Source of the DNA: Candidatus Bathyarchaeia archaeon
GTDB taxonomy: Archaea > Thermoproteota > Bathyarchaeia > Bathyarchaeales > Bathycorpusculaceae
Length of the DNA stretch: 61,976 nt
Assembly (NCBI GenBank): GCA_038883715.1
Contig: JAVZLS010000008.1
Span: 1 to 61,976 of the forward strand
Direction: 5' to 3'
Positions 9,284-18,754 of the stretch are shown piece by piece. A model generated the notes under the pieces. That model did not search any database. It saw only the letters and a list, made by a program, of their open reading frames with translations, and was not told where the DNA came from. The stretch's first letter is position 1. Each line of letters opens with the position of its first letter. The translations under genes were made by a program, and so were the position numbers.

Positions 9284-9449
9284 TCTCCATTCCCCTCTAG
9301 TGATTATTTTAGTAGATTTTGCTTAAAATCTTTGTGAAGAAAAAGCAGGATGGCGAGCCAAAATTAAATAGTGCTTGAATCATGTGTAGTGGTGTTTAAG
9401 AAAGGTTATAATGAGAAAAGATTCAAATTTTATGAAAGCCGTTTAACAC

Positions 9450-10571
9450 TTGAGAAGCGGCTTTGGAAAAGTTGGGTTTATGGCTGAGAGAAGGCGCATA
9501 ATCCTCCATGTGGACATGGACCATTTCTTCACAGCCATTGAAGAGCGGGAGCATCCAGAATACCGAGGGAAGCCGGTTATTGTTGGGGCGGACCCGAAAG
9601 AGGGGAAGGGGCGAGGCGTTGTTAGCACGTGTAACTATGAAGCCCGCAAGTACGGCGTTAGGTCTGGTATGCCTATCTCGAGGGCTTGGAAGCTCTGTCC
9701 AAACGCTATTTACCTACCCGTAAATTATGAGCTTTACACAAAGGTTTCAGAGAGGATTATGGCGATTCTGCGCAAGTACGCGGACAAGTTTGAAAGCTGG
9801 GGTATAGACGAAGCCTTTTTGGATGTAACCTCAAGGGTTAAGGACTATGCGGAGGCAGAAGCCCTAGCCCGCCAAATAAAAAGGGAAATCATGGAAAAGG
9901 AGGGGCTTACATGCTCTATTGGAATTGGTCCCAACAAGCTTGTAGCTAAAATAGCCAGCGACTACCAAAAGCCAGACGGCTTAACAGTCGTTAGAGAGGA
10001 AGAAGCCGAAAAGTTTCTTGCGCCGCTTCCGGTTCGTAAACTCTTGTGGGTTGGGCGGAAAACAGAGCAGAAGCTCAGAGCCATGGGCATAAAAACCATT
10101 GGGGATTTAGCCCGCCACGACCCAACAGTGCTTGCGGAAGTTTTTGGCGTGATGGGAACCCAGCTTTATTTGATGGCTCATGGCATAGACAAAAGCGAAG
10201 TTGAGGAGCAACGCCAAATAAAGTCCATAAGCAGAGACATAACCTTCGAAGAGGACACATCAGACTTCAACCTCGTGCTAAACACTTTGGAAAAGCTTGC
10301 AGAAGAGGTCCACAACGACCTCATGAAACAGCAATTATACTTCAAAACGGTTACGGTGCGGGTTCGCTACGAAAACTTCGAAACCCACACCCACAGCAAA
10401 ACACTACCCTTCATAACAAACCGCCTACAAGACCTAAAGAAAACTGCAAAAGAGCTCATACAAGACTACCTAAAACCAGAAAGAAAAATTAGGCTCGTAG
10501 GCGTAAGAGTCTCAAACTTTGTCTCAGCAGAGAAACAGAGAACCCTCACGTTGAACCAAGATAACGCGTAA
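9450..10571 (+). CDS. dinB: DNA polymerase IV (Y family)
   Basis: ILHVDMDHFF, STCNYEARKYGVRSGMP, GIDEAFLD, KLVAKIASD..KPDG; likely start ATG 9480. Confidence 0.95.
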   Translation: MRSGFGKVGFMAERRRIILHVDMDHFFTAIEEREHPEYRGKPVIVGADPKEGKGRGVVSTCNYEARKYGVRSGMPISRAWKLCPNAIYLPVNYELYTKVSERIMAILRKYADKFESWGIDEAFLDVTSRVKDYAEAEALARQIKREIMEKEGLTCSIGIGPNKLVAKIASDYQKPDGLTVVREEEAEKFLAPLPVRKLLWVGRKTEQKLRAMGIKTIGDLARHDPTVLAEVFGVMGTQLYLMAHGIDKSEVEEQRQIKSISRDITFEEDTSDFNLVLNTLEKLAEEVHNDLMKQQLYFKTVTVRVRYENFETHTHSKTLPFITNRLQDLKKTAKELIQDYLKPERKIRLVGVRVSNFVSAEKQRTLTLNQDNA

Positions 10572-11019
10572 GTTTCTTGATTCTGTTGCTTTTATCTTTA
10601 ATGCTTATAACAAGGTTCTCGAAATTGTCGGTTCTAATATTGATGAGTCTATGTAATTCTTCGGGGCTATTCGGCAAGCCAAACTGTTCTGGCTTTACGC
10701 TTGCTTCGTTTGCAGCTTTAAGTATCCACTCCTCCAATCTTGGACACAGCATAATTAGAAGGTTGTTTCTGCTCTTTTGGCGAAATACCTTAATTTCATG
10801 TATTGTCAAATCTTGCGTTTCTTCAAATCTACTTAAAAATGGAGGCTGGTAAGCCCATGGATCTTCATCTATGATACCCTTTGAATTTATAAAACGTTCG
10901 GCAAGTTTTTTGAGAAGTTCTGACTTGTTTCCAGCATGGCTAATGTTTTTTCTTGAAGTATGAGTTAAAATTTGCACTAATATCGTTTCTGGCTTACATT
11001 CCGTAAGGTACACTTTCAC
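10546..11019 (-). CDS. Hypothetical protein, TOPRIM-like partner of the adjacent ABC ATPase
   Basis: N-terminal strand ending in E (YLTEC), G-rich loop (HAGNK), GIIDED (DxD), later LEEWIL; AT-rich. Confidence 0.6.
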   Translation of the reverse strand: MKVYLTECKPETILVQILTHTSRKNISHAGNKSELLKKLAERFINSKGIIDEDPWAYQPPFLSRFEETQDLTIHEIKVFRQKSRNNLLIMLCPRLEEWILKAANEASVKPEQFGLPNSPEELHRLINIRTDNFENLVISIKDKSNRIKKLTRYLGST

Positions 11020-11031
11020 TAGACTCCCCTT

Positions 11032-12015
11032 TCAACGAAACCTTTCAAGGTCAAAGAATACATCAATTCCCTTTTCCAGAATATCGCCAATCTGCGCTTC
11101 AGTTAAAGCCTTAACCTTAGTCTGATAATCTTCCAACATCGTGTGAAATACTGCCACCTCATCTTTTTTGGCTTTCTCCAAAATTGAGAGAAGGAAGTAT
11201 GGATTATGCGTAGATATAAAATATTGGTTGTTGTTTTTATCTTGGGCTATGTTTTCCGCAAGGTACTTCGTATAATATGGAAAAGCATGGGCTTCAGGCT
11301 CCTCAAAAGCAATCACAGAATCCTTGTTAGAATATATAGTTGCTAGGTAGAAAACCAGCCTTTGGAGTGTTTCAGAGGCTGCAGAATATGGAAAGGAAAT
11401 CACAATTTCCTCAAGTTGCTTCTGTACCCTTATTTTGCCTTCTTGAGGTTCAAAAGCTAAGATGAGACCGAATCTTTCAAAAATCTGTCTAATAATAGCT
11501 CGCAAACCTTTGTTAACTAAAAGGATTGTGAGAAGGTTATCTCCATAGGGCGGATTAAGAAACTCTGAATTTTTATCTGGGAAAGCAGACAGTATATGAA
11601 ACCTATAAAATTTGAATGGTGCAAGATCACGGGTTAAATCTGCTAAAATGAGTTGCGTTCCCGATCCTTGGTAATCGTACCTAAAAATATCTGTGATTTT
11701 TCTGCCTTCTTCATTAACATAATTTCCGTGGAAAAACCCATCTTTGAAGTGAATTTCCAACGTTTTCTTATCAAAAATAACTTTAATGTCATTTTCTAAA
11801 AAATGGTCGTGGTAAAGGTCTATCATATTTTCAAATCTGATAAAATCACGAACGTTTCTGTTTCTAAGGTGGTAAATTGAAGATAAGAGCGCTAATGTCT
11901 CTAGGATATTTGATTTCCCAGTGTTGGGTTCGCCTATAAAGAGGTTTATCCTTTTGCATTCTAGATTGAGGTGTTTTATGGACTTGAAGTTGATGATTTC
12001 AAGGTTTTTAATCAC
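11032..12015 (-). CDS. ABC-type ATPase (AAA_15/AAA_21-like)
   Basis: MIKNLEIINFKSIK; Walker A GEPNTGKS; Walker B/D-loop FEEPEAHAFP; H-loop STHNPY; AT-rich. Confidence 0.9.
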   Translation of the reverse strand: MIKNLEIINFKSIKHLNLECKRINLFIGEPNTGKSNILETLALLSSIYHLRNRNVRDFIRFENMIDLYHDHFLENDIKVIFDKKTLEIHFKDGFFHGNYVNEEGRKITDIFRYDYQGSGTQLILADLTRDLAPFKFYRFHILSAFPDKNSEFLNPPYGDNLLTILLVNKGLRAIIRQIFERFGLILAFEPQEGKIRVQKQLEEIVISFPYSAASETLQRLVFYLATIYSNKDSVIAFEEPEAHAFPYYTKYLAENIAQDKNNNQYFISTHNPYFLLSILEKAKKDEVAVFHTMLEDYQTKVKALTEAQIGDILEKGIDVFFDLERFR

Positions 12016-12176
12016 TTTGCAAGCCTCACATACTTTGTTTCTTATCTGCTATTTTAAATGTTAAGGTTTTTGTGGCAACTCTTATATGGGACTGAACAGC
12101 CTATATGGTGGTCGTGCAAAACTGCTTTTCTAAGGCGGCTTTTGCACAATATAAGTTAAAGGAGTTGAGTAGGCGA

Positions 12177-12317
12177 ATGTCTGGTAAAGAGATGCATAAG
12201 GCAGTCTGTTCTGATTGCGGTCAAGAGTGCGAAGTTCCCTTCGTTCCAGACCCAAGCAGACCAGTCTACTGTCGAGAGTGCTGGATGAAGAGAAGAAATC
12301 AAAGGCGAAGGTACTAG
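12177..12317 (+). CDS. CxxC-x17-CxxC zinc-ribbon protein
   Basis: MHKAVCSDCGQECEVPFVPDPSRPVYCRECW; ATG 12177 preferred over the ORF-track start at 12105. Confidence 0.9.
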   Translation: MSGKEMHKAVCSDCGQECEVPFVPDPSRPVYCRECWMKRRNQRRRY

Positions 12318-12368
12318 TATTAGGCTTACAAGTTTACCATCTTCTAATTCCCAAATTTCTTTTATCCA

Positions 12369-12974
12369 TTATTTTTGTGGCATTTTGAACTCCCAGCTGC
12401 ACCAAAGATTTTGCGGGTGCTTGTCGGGCGGGCAGACGAGACAGTTAACCTCAACTTTTGGGTTTAAGGTCTTTGCAAAATTCTTCAAGTAGCCAAACCG
12501 GACGCGTTTGCATGGAAACTCATCTAAACCCTTGCCCAGCCTAGCCTCTTGTGTTCTGCAACGGTTTATGCTTAAAACAGCCCTTTCAGCAGAAACCTCA
12601 ACCGTCTTGAAGGGCTGGTCTAAAGCCCAGCTTGTCAAACGCAAAAGCCTCATAATCGTTGATATGTCAGGGTTTTCGCCAACGCCAAACATTCTTTGAA
12701 GGCTTTTCGCCTCAATGGCTGCCATAGCCTCCCAAACGTCAGCATCAATTTCTGTTGCTGCCTCTGTTCCAAACCTTTTTTCTATTCCGAGGAAGTATAA
12801 GCCGTCAACCCGCCACAAATTCCTAATCTGCAAGAAGAAATAGTCTAGAAGCTTTTCCATGGGGATTTTAGCCAACATTTCACGGTCTTCAAGGCTTCCG
12901 GGCGGATATTCAGCCATAACGCTTTCACCTTTGAGGAGATAATAAACGTCTGAATAGTCTTTAAGCTTAATCAT
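12369..12974 (-). CDS. DUF6125-like protein
   Basis: WRVDGLYFLGIEKRFG; CRTQEARL..FPCK; CLVCPPD..WCSWEF. Confidence 0.7.
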   Translation of the reverse strand: MIKLKDYSDVYYLLKGESVMAEYPPGSLEDREMLAKIPMEKLLDYFFLQIRNLWRVDGLYFLGIEKRFGTEAATEIDADVWEAMAAIEAKSLQRMFGVGENPDISTIMRLLRLTSWALDQPFKTVEVSAERAVLSINRCRTQEARLGKGLDEFPCKRVRFGYLKNFAKTLNPKVEVNCLVCPPDKHPQNLWCSWEFKMPQK

Positions 12975-13037
12975 AGACTGATGGTTTTGTTCTAAACCGT
13001 AGCATTATATGAGAAGTCTCTCTTTGTAAACTGTAAG

Positions 13038-13538
13038 GTGCATGTTTTGAAGAGGATTTATGTAATTCTAACGGTTGTAACAGTGATTGCAATAGTGCTC
13101 GGCGTTATTGGCACATGGATTCTCCGTTTCCCTCTTGTATATTTTGAGAGCTTCGAAGATGGTTTTGGAAAGTGGATTATAGATGCGGATGTCCCAGAAG
13201 ACCCGAACAATCCTGGGCAACCAGTGGAGTGGCACATAAGCCGCACATCAAACGTCCCGAGAACTGGACAACATTCCTTGGAGTTTTTTATAGACGGGCA
13301 ACAGGATGATGGAACCATCTGGATTGAAACGAAAATTGAGGTGGGTAAACATTCAAATGTTAAGGTTTCCTTCTGGCTTTACAGCGAGCAAGAAAGCCTC
13401 AGCACATTAGCAGCCTTATGCGTATACATTGGCGTTGAAGACCCAGAAACAGAGGCAGACTTCCAAGTCATCGGGGCAGCCAACGAGGTGGCTGGATGGA
13501 AACGTTACGAATACTTCCTAAAACGCCGCAAGTTTTAA
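13038..13538 (+). CDS. Membrane-anchored hypothetical protein (beta-sandwich-like)
   Basis: N-terminal TM; ESFEDG..W; DGQQDDGTIW. Confidence 0.65.
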   Translation: MHVLKRIYVILTVVTVIAIVLGVIGTWILRFPLVYFESFEDGFGKWIIDADVPEDPNNPGQPVEWHISRTSNVPRTGQHSLEFFIDGQQDDGTIWIETKIEVGKHSNVKVSFWLYSEQESLSTLAALCVYIGVEDPETEADFQVIGAANEVAGWKRYEYFLKRRKF

Positions 13539-13547
13539 TATCAAAAA

Positions 13548-14393
13548 TTGCGAAGTCATCCTTTACCTTTGATTGATGAGGAAAGCTGCATGAGCTTTGA
13601 CCAACTAATAAAAGCATTGATTCTAGGCGTAATTCAAGGTTTGACGGAATGGCTTCCCATATCGAGCACTGGGCATTTGAAGCTTGCTGAAAGGGCTTTA
13701 AGCCTAACAGTTCCCGTGCTCTTTGACGTGATTTTGCATCTTGGGACATTAGCCGTCTTGATAGCTTTCTTCAGAGGCGACATCCAGAAAATTCTGTCAG
13801 CCCTCAGACATTTAGATTTTAGGTCTGATCATGGAAAATTTATTCCACTCATAATTGTTGGGGCAATACCAACCATGATAATCGGATTGATTTTCCACCA
13901 CTTTTTAGAAGAAGTTTTTCAAGAAATTTTAGTCATCGCATCGGCTTTTATCGTGTGCGGTGTGGTGCTTTGTTTGGCAAGATTTGGAATGGAAAAGGCG
14001 AATGATATTGGTTTTTCACAAGCCTTTTTGATTGGTGTTGCCCAAGGCATAGCGGTGGTTCCTGGGCTTTCCAGAAGCGGCTTAACAATTACTGTGGCGC
14101 TTTTGCTTGGGGTAAAGCGGGATAAGGCTTTCAAATTCTCCTTCCTGTTGTCGATTCCAGCCATAATAGGCGCTTTAGCACTAACTCTCCACGAGCAGTT
14201 TGGTGCGATAGCGGCTTCAAGTTTTGGTTTCGCAGAAATTGCCTTTGGCACGATTGTGGCTATGGTTGTTGGCTACCTTGCCCTAAAACTTCTCTGGAAA
14301 ACGATTGCAAAGAGGAAGCTTCACTTTTTCGCATTTTATTGTTGGGCGCTTGGCATCTCTTTATTAGCCGCTTTATGTTTGCACGTCCTCTAG
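13548..14393 (+). CDS. uppP: Undecaprenyl-diphosphate phosphatase (BacA family)
   Basis: GVIQGLTEWLPISSTGHL; PGLSRSGLTI; FSFLLSIPA; likely start ATG near 13590. Confidence 0.95.
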   Translation: MRSHPLPLIDEESCMSFDQLIKALILGVIQGLTEWLPISSTGHLKLAERALSLTVPVLFDVILHLGTLAVLIAFFRGDIQKILSALRHLDFRSDHGKFIPLIIVGAIPTMIIGLIFHHFLEEVFQEILVIASAFIVCGVVLCLARFGMEKANDIGFSQAFLIGVAQGIAVVPGLSRSGLTITVALLLGVKRDKAFKFSFLLSIPAIIGALALTLHEQFGAIAASSFGFAEIAFGTIVAMVVGYLALKLLWKTIAKRKLHFFAFYCWALGISLLAALCLHVL

Positions 14394-15803
14394 CCATTTC
14401 GGCTTGCCAGACAGAAACTCTGTAAGGAACTTTGCAAGCTCTATGTCCTTTTCGTAAATTTCAGCTATTTCCTCATTAACCAAAATTTTGAATCCATGCT
14501 GGAGCACCTGTGCTATTTCTTTTGCTACTCCAGCGCTTCTACCACCATCCTTCAGCCGTTCGTATAGGAGGGCAGCCGCGTCCGTGTGCTTCCTTCTAAC
14601 ATGAACTATCCATCTTCCGTCTTCAATGTAGGGACCTGTAACCGTTCCAGCATTGCCAGCATATTTTGCCAGAAAGTTTTTGCATTCGCGTTCTTTCTCC
14701 ATTGGTGGTCCCAGATGCTTCTTTACTGGTGGTAGGTAGCGGCTTTCAAGTTCGAATATGAAGACGTTTAGGTCTTTCTCGTTGCTCCATGCTGTGCCGC
14801 GTAACAGGCTGAAATCGTTAAGTTCAAGAAGCTTTATGAGTGAACGCATAGATTTGTAAAGCTGACCCCATAGGACGTCTGGAACAGCCTCAACCTTTCC
14901 AAAAACCACAAAAAGCGTTGTGGAGCCGCGTGTGCTTATTTTTGCTTTAAGCTCATTTGTTGTTAGCGGCTTTGTTTCCGGCGGGTAGAAGAATTTTAGG
15001 CTTGGCTTTTCTAGGAAGGCTCTTGCTGCCGCCACAAAGGTGTAAAGCTTTTGGGATTGCACAGCTGAAGCTACATTTCTCCCCTTATCAACGGGGTCAA
15101 CTATCACTAGAGGTTCGCCGAACAAAAGCGGTAGCTCGTCCTCCCTTCCCCTATAATGGTTTTCTATGTCCACAATTATGCGTCTTTTATGCTGTGCAAA
15201 AGCCCTCAACGTGTTGACGAAACTTCCATAATTTATGATTAAGAGCTCGCATAAGTATCCGCTGAAGCCGCCAACCTTTATTTCAGCGCCGTAAACGCCA
15301 ACACCCTTCATAAACCTCTTCAGTAGGCGAACCTCGCCTCGCATTTGGCTTGTTAAACGTTTTCTCGCATAGTCTGTATGGTATGGTGTACGGTCAGTGG
15401 CGCTCAACCACTCTCCGGGTTTAGTATCATAACATGGAACTATGTTAACTCGGACATTGTCAATGAAAGCCTCTAGGTAGGGATGCTCGGCGAAGCGTTC
15501 CACTTGCCGTGCGCCTTCAGTCGCCCGCCTAGCTATTTTTAGGGCCACTTCACCCAGAGACTTGCGGGATATGTTGGTGGGCAAACGCATGAAAACGTCT
15601 ATTTCAGGCTCTTCACTCAGCCAAGTGTCCTTAGCAACAGAACCCTCTAAACGCACAGCTGCCTTAACACTGAAAATCGAAGCGGCAGAAGCCACTTTCG
15701 CCTCTAGTTCCTTGGCCAAAGCCTCTATTTTTTCGCGTTTCTCCCTTGTTGGCGTAACCCTCTCCAGAACAGCTTTACAAACCTTTTCCAGCTCTTCAGA
15801 CAT
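14373..15803 (-). CDS. cca: Archaeal CCA-adding enzyme
   Basis: GSVAKDTWL..EIDVF; AEHPY; DRTPYHT; GVYGAEIKVGGFSGYLCELL; DPVDKGRNVA. Confidence 0.95.
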   Translation of the reverse strand: MSEELEKVCKAVLERVTPTREKREKIEALAKELEAKVASAASIFSVKAAVRLEGSVAKDTWLSEEPEIDVFMRLPTNISRKSLGEVALKIARRATEGARQVERFAEHPYLEAFIDNVRVNIVPCYDTKPGEWLSATDRTPYHTDYARKRLTSQMRGEVRLLKRFMKGVGVYGAEIKVGGFSGYLCELLIINYGSFVNTLRAFAQHKRRIIVDIENHYRGREDELPLLFGEPLVIVDPVDKGRNVASAVQSQKLYTFVAAARAFLEKPSLKFFYPPETKPLTTNELKAKISTRGSTTLFVVFGKVEAVPDVLWGQLYKSMRSLIKLLELNDFSLLRGTAWSNEKDLNVFIFELESRYLPPVKKHLGPPMEKERECKNFLAKYAGNAGTVTGPYIEDGRWIVHVRRKHTDAAALLYERLKDGGRSAGVAKEIAQVLQHGFKILVNEEIAEIYEKDIELAKFLTEFLSGKPKWLEDVQT

Positions 15804-15821
15804 AAACAGCCACTTATCCAG

Positions 15822-16463
15822 CTACTGCTTTTGTGGGCAGAATTCTCTAAGTGTGGAATATATGGGACCTTTGGGCGTCAAGTCGCTCCTCTTAAGCCTT
15901 AAACATTCTGCGCGGACAACCCCAAACTCGTAGTTTGCATTTTCCATCAAAAATTTTACAAGGGCAGCCTTATTCCGCCCACTCTTAACGCGGGCAATTG
16001 TCAAGTGGGGACTAAAACCTTTAGAGTCTGGAGCGAAACCCAAACTGCGCAAATAAGGTTCAAGCTGGCTGAAGATGCCCCTCAACTCGTTAGCACCATT
16101 CCTAATACCAGCCCAAACAACCCTAGGATAGCGCAAGTCTGGAAAAGCGCCAACCCCTTGAATCTTAACGTCGAAAGGAACAAATTGAACTTTCCGCATA
16201 CCCTCAAAAATTTTGTCAACCATGTTGGGGGTTATATTCCCCAGAAAACGCACTGTTATATGAATATTTTTAGGCTCAACACACTTCAAATCCGCCCCGG
16301 TTCCAACCAGCATCTTCTGCATCTCCGTTATCCTTTCCAAAACACTGGCACTTTCAATGTCGAAGGCTATAAAACTCCTTATGGCTTCTGGCATTCTGGT
16401 ACGCCTTCCCATAAATATACGCCACACCATCATAAATGCTTTAACATCAAAGCGTACTAGCAC
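15822..16463 (-). CDS. thpR: RNA 2',3'-cyclic phosphodiesterase / 2'-5' RNA ligase (2H family)
   Basis: RSFIA; two HxT motifs (HITVRFLG, PHLTIAR); likely start at MPEAIRS or MGRR. Confidence 0.92.
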   Translation of the reverse strand: MLVRFDVKAFMMVWRIFMGRRTRMPEAIRSFIAFDIESASVLERITEMQKMLVGTGADLKCVEPKNIHITVRFLGNITPNMVDKIFEGMRKVQFVPFDVKIQGVGAFPDLRYPRVVWAGIRNGANELRGIFSQLEPYLRSLGFAPDSKGFSPHLTIARVKSGRNKAALVKFLMENANYEFGVVRAECLRLKRSDLTPKGPIYSTLREFCPQKQ

Positions 16464-16669
16464 ATTGTTCTAAGTTGTGGCTAAAATGTTGGCCTTATTT
16501 CTTTTATGCTTGAGGGATGTTGCAGACTCATGCATTGAAGCGAATTAATGGAATGGTAGGCATTCAGTTCTAGTCGCCTACTAGAAAACCGCGCTTCAAG
16601 CTGAACTAAACATCATAAAATCTGGATTAGAAAATAGACGTTATGTCGCCATGTCTGGTTTCTCCGATT

Positions 16670-17287
16670 TTATTCTGGTTTTTGCCAGAGTTCCAGCATT
16701 CCCTTTTTAAGTTCTCTGCGTTTTCTGTGGAGGAATTTGTAGACTGTTGCGTGTTGTCGTCCTTCAATCAGCATTTGGATGGCTTCCCTCGCCACTTGGG
16801 CGTTTTCGATTTTTCCGATGATGCTTACCGTGTGTCCGTAAACGGCTATGTTTGTGTCTGTTAACTCCTCTATTATTCTTCTTGTTTTTCCGTCCATGCC
16901 GATTATTCGACCCTTTACACGCCTTATGTCTGATTCTGACCTTCCAAAGATTGTTCGCAAGTCTATTATGTCCAGAACAGCTTCTTCGTCTTGGATTAGT
17001 TTAAAGGCATGTTCTGGTGAGAAGCCTCTGCCTATGGCTGTTACAACATCTTTGGCTCTCAGAAGGACGGAGGGGTCTTCGGCGTTTTCAGCCAGTGTTA
17101 TTGTGACGCCGCCTGCGTCGCTTTCTATTTGAAGCTCAACTGAAAGCATTTTTTCAATAGCCTTTTTAGTCTCTCCTTTAGAGCCTATTAGCACGCCGAC
17201 GCGTTCCTTAGGGATTCTTACAAAAGTGCTAGGTTGAGCCAATTCCAGTAACCACCCTATAAAACTTGTTTGGTGGGAGAACTTCAA
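16670..17287 (-). CDS. KH-domain pre-rRNA processing protein (Dim2/Pno1)
   Basis: RVGVLIG; AIGRGFSPE; KGRIIG..GKTRR; true start probably near MAQPSTF. Confidence 0.93.
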   Translation of the reverse strand: MKFSHQTSFIGWLLELAQPSTFVRIPKERVGVLIGSKGETKKAIEKMLSVELQIESDAGGVTITLAENAEDPSVLLRAKDVVTAIGRGFSPEHAFKLIQDEEAVLDIIDLRTIFGRSESDIRRVKGRIIGMDGKTRRIIEELTDTNIAVYGHTVSIIGKIENAQVAREAIQMLIEGRQHATVYKFLHRKRRELKKGMLELWQKPE

Positions 17288-18026
17288 CGCCTAAGCGGCT
17301 GAAAAATCTGTTAATGTTGGCTATGTCCCTGTTTAGGAGGAAGTCAGCCATCGGGTGGGATAATGGGACAGCTTGCGACATGTCGAAGAGCACTGGGCGC
17401 CCCTTCCAAATCATAATGTTGTATTCGCTTAAGTCGCCATGGACAAGCTCTGCCTTCTGGTAGAGACGTTTAAGATATGTTATAAGCATTCTATAAATTC
17501 GCTCCGGGTTTTCTGGAGGCTGCTCTTTCATAGATGGTGCGCTTATGCCGCTTTTTCCAATAAACTCCATTACGAGGACATTGTTTCTCACAGTTATGGG
17601 TTTTGGCACCCTAACCTTTGCGGCTAACGCTTGCTCAAGATTTTTAAACTCTTTCTGAGCCCATGCGAAGATTAACGAGCGGGTGTCACGTTTCACATTT
17701 TTAAACCTTGGATCGCCCTCTATGTATTTTAGCATTCCCTTTCTGAATTCAGCTGAAACCGTTAGGTAGATTTTTATTGCCAGCTCATTTCCAGCCTTGT
17801 CCTTCCCCCAGTAGACGCGGGACTCTTTCCCAGCCTTTACAACGCCATAGATTCTGTCTATGATGCCGCTGTTCATGAAGTCGTATATGACCATGAGGGT
17901 TGAGCGGTCAAAAACTTCCTCTAAAACCTCGTATTCCTCGCTTCTCTTCTCCTTCATCAACTGTTCAATTTCGTATTCCTTCTCCTCTTCGCGAAGCCTC
18001 TTCTCAACACGCTCTCGAAAAGCCAA
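17229..18026 (-). CDS. rio1: RIO1 serine/threonine kinase
   Basis: GKESRVY; AIKIY; KEFKNL; LVHGDLSEYNI; FDMSQAV. Confidence 0.95.
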   Translation of the reverse strand: MAFRERVEKRLREEEKEYEIEQLMKEKRSEEYEVLEEVFDRSTLMVIYDFMNSGIIDRIYGVVKAGKESRVYWGKDKAGNELAIKIYLTVSAEFRKGMLKYIEGDPRFKNVKRDTRSLIFAWAQKEFKNLEQALAAKVRVPKPITVRNNVLVMEFIGKSGISAPSMKEQPPENPERIYRMLITYLKRLYQKAELVHGDLSEYNIMIWKGRPVLFDMSQAVPLSHPMADFLLNRDIANINRFFSRLGVEVLPPNKFYRVVTGIGST

Positions 18027-18042
18027 ACCTACGCTTCACATC

Positions 18043-18348
18043 CTAAATTGTCAAATAACCCTTCTTGCGGAGCCACTCCGCCTGTGCATGGGTATAACGC
18101 CAAATTACATCCCCGCGGATGTTAGACTGGAAATCCCACGGAGAAACTAGGACAACATCTCCCTCGCGAATCCAAACCCGTCTCTTCATCTTACCCCTTA
18201 TTCGGCATAACCGCTCATTTCCATCCTGACACTTAACAAGTACACGGTCAAAACCGAGAAGTTTGACGGCTACGCCTAAAACATCGTTCCCAGACGGTAG
18301 CACCATCTCGCTTAATTCTTCCTCGCTTATAACCTTCTTCTTTCCCAA
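18043..18348 (-). CDS. eif1a: Translation initiation factor aIF-1A
   Basis: RLCRIRGKMKRRVWIREGDVVLVSPWD. Confidence 0.96.
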   Translation of the reverse strand: MGKKKVISEEELSEMVLPSGNDVLGVAVKLLGFDRVLVKCQDGNERLCRIRGKMKRRVWIREGDVVLVSPWDFQSNIRGDVIWRYTHAQAEWLRKKGYLTI

Positions 18349-18444
18349 TCAAGCACCTCAAAGCATAAGCCTTAAACACTTCTCTTATAAAGAGACACTC
18401 TTCTCCCTTAAAAGCATGTATGCTTAACGTAAAGCCCAGAAAAT

Positions 18445-18741
18445 CTAAAGCTTCACTATTTGCGCGTGCAGCACTCCCTCTATGTTTAGGATAGCTTCTG
18501 GGTGGACATAGCCTCTTTCAACAGCCTTCTGCACAATGTTTTTTCCAACCATGTTAACAATGGTTGAGTTTTCTATCATGGCTATTGCTTCTTCAAGCTC
18601 CACCTCTGCGCCCTTGTAAAATTCTTCTGTTACGTGGAAGACTATTTTCCCTTCGCGCAGCGTTTTTCCAAGGATTTCTGCGTCGCAGATGGACAACAAT
18701 ACGTTGTTGCCGATTTTTCGGATTTTCATATAGCACTTCAA
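18445..18741 (-). CDS. DUF424 family protein
   Basis: SICDAEILGK; EEFYKG; IVNMVG; adjacent to aIF-2beta. Confidence 0.88.
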   Translation of the reverse strand: MKCYMKIRKIGNNVLLSICDAEILGKTLREGKIVFHVTEEFYKGAEVELEEAIAMIENSTIVNMVGKNIVQKAVERGYVHPEAILNIEGVLHAQIVKL

Positions 18742-18754
18742 CTTTCAAACGCTC

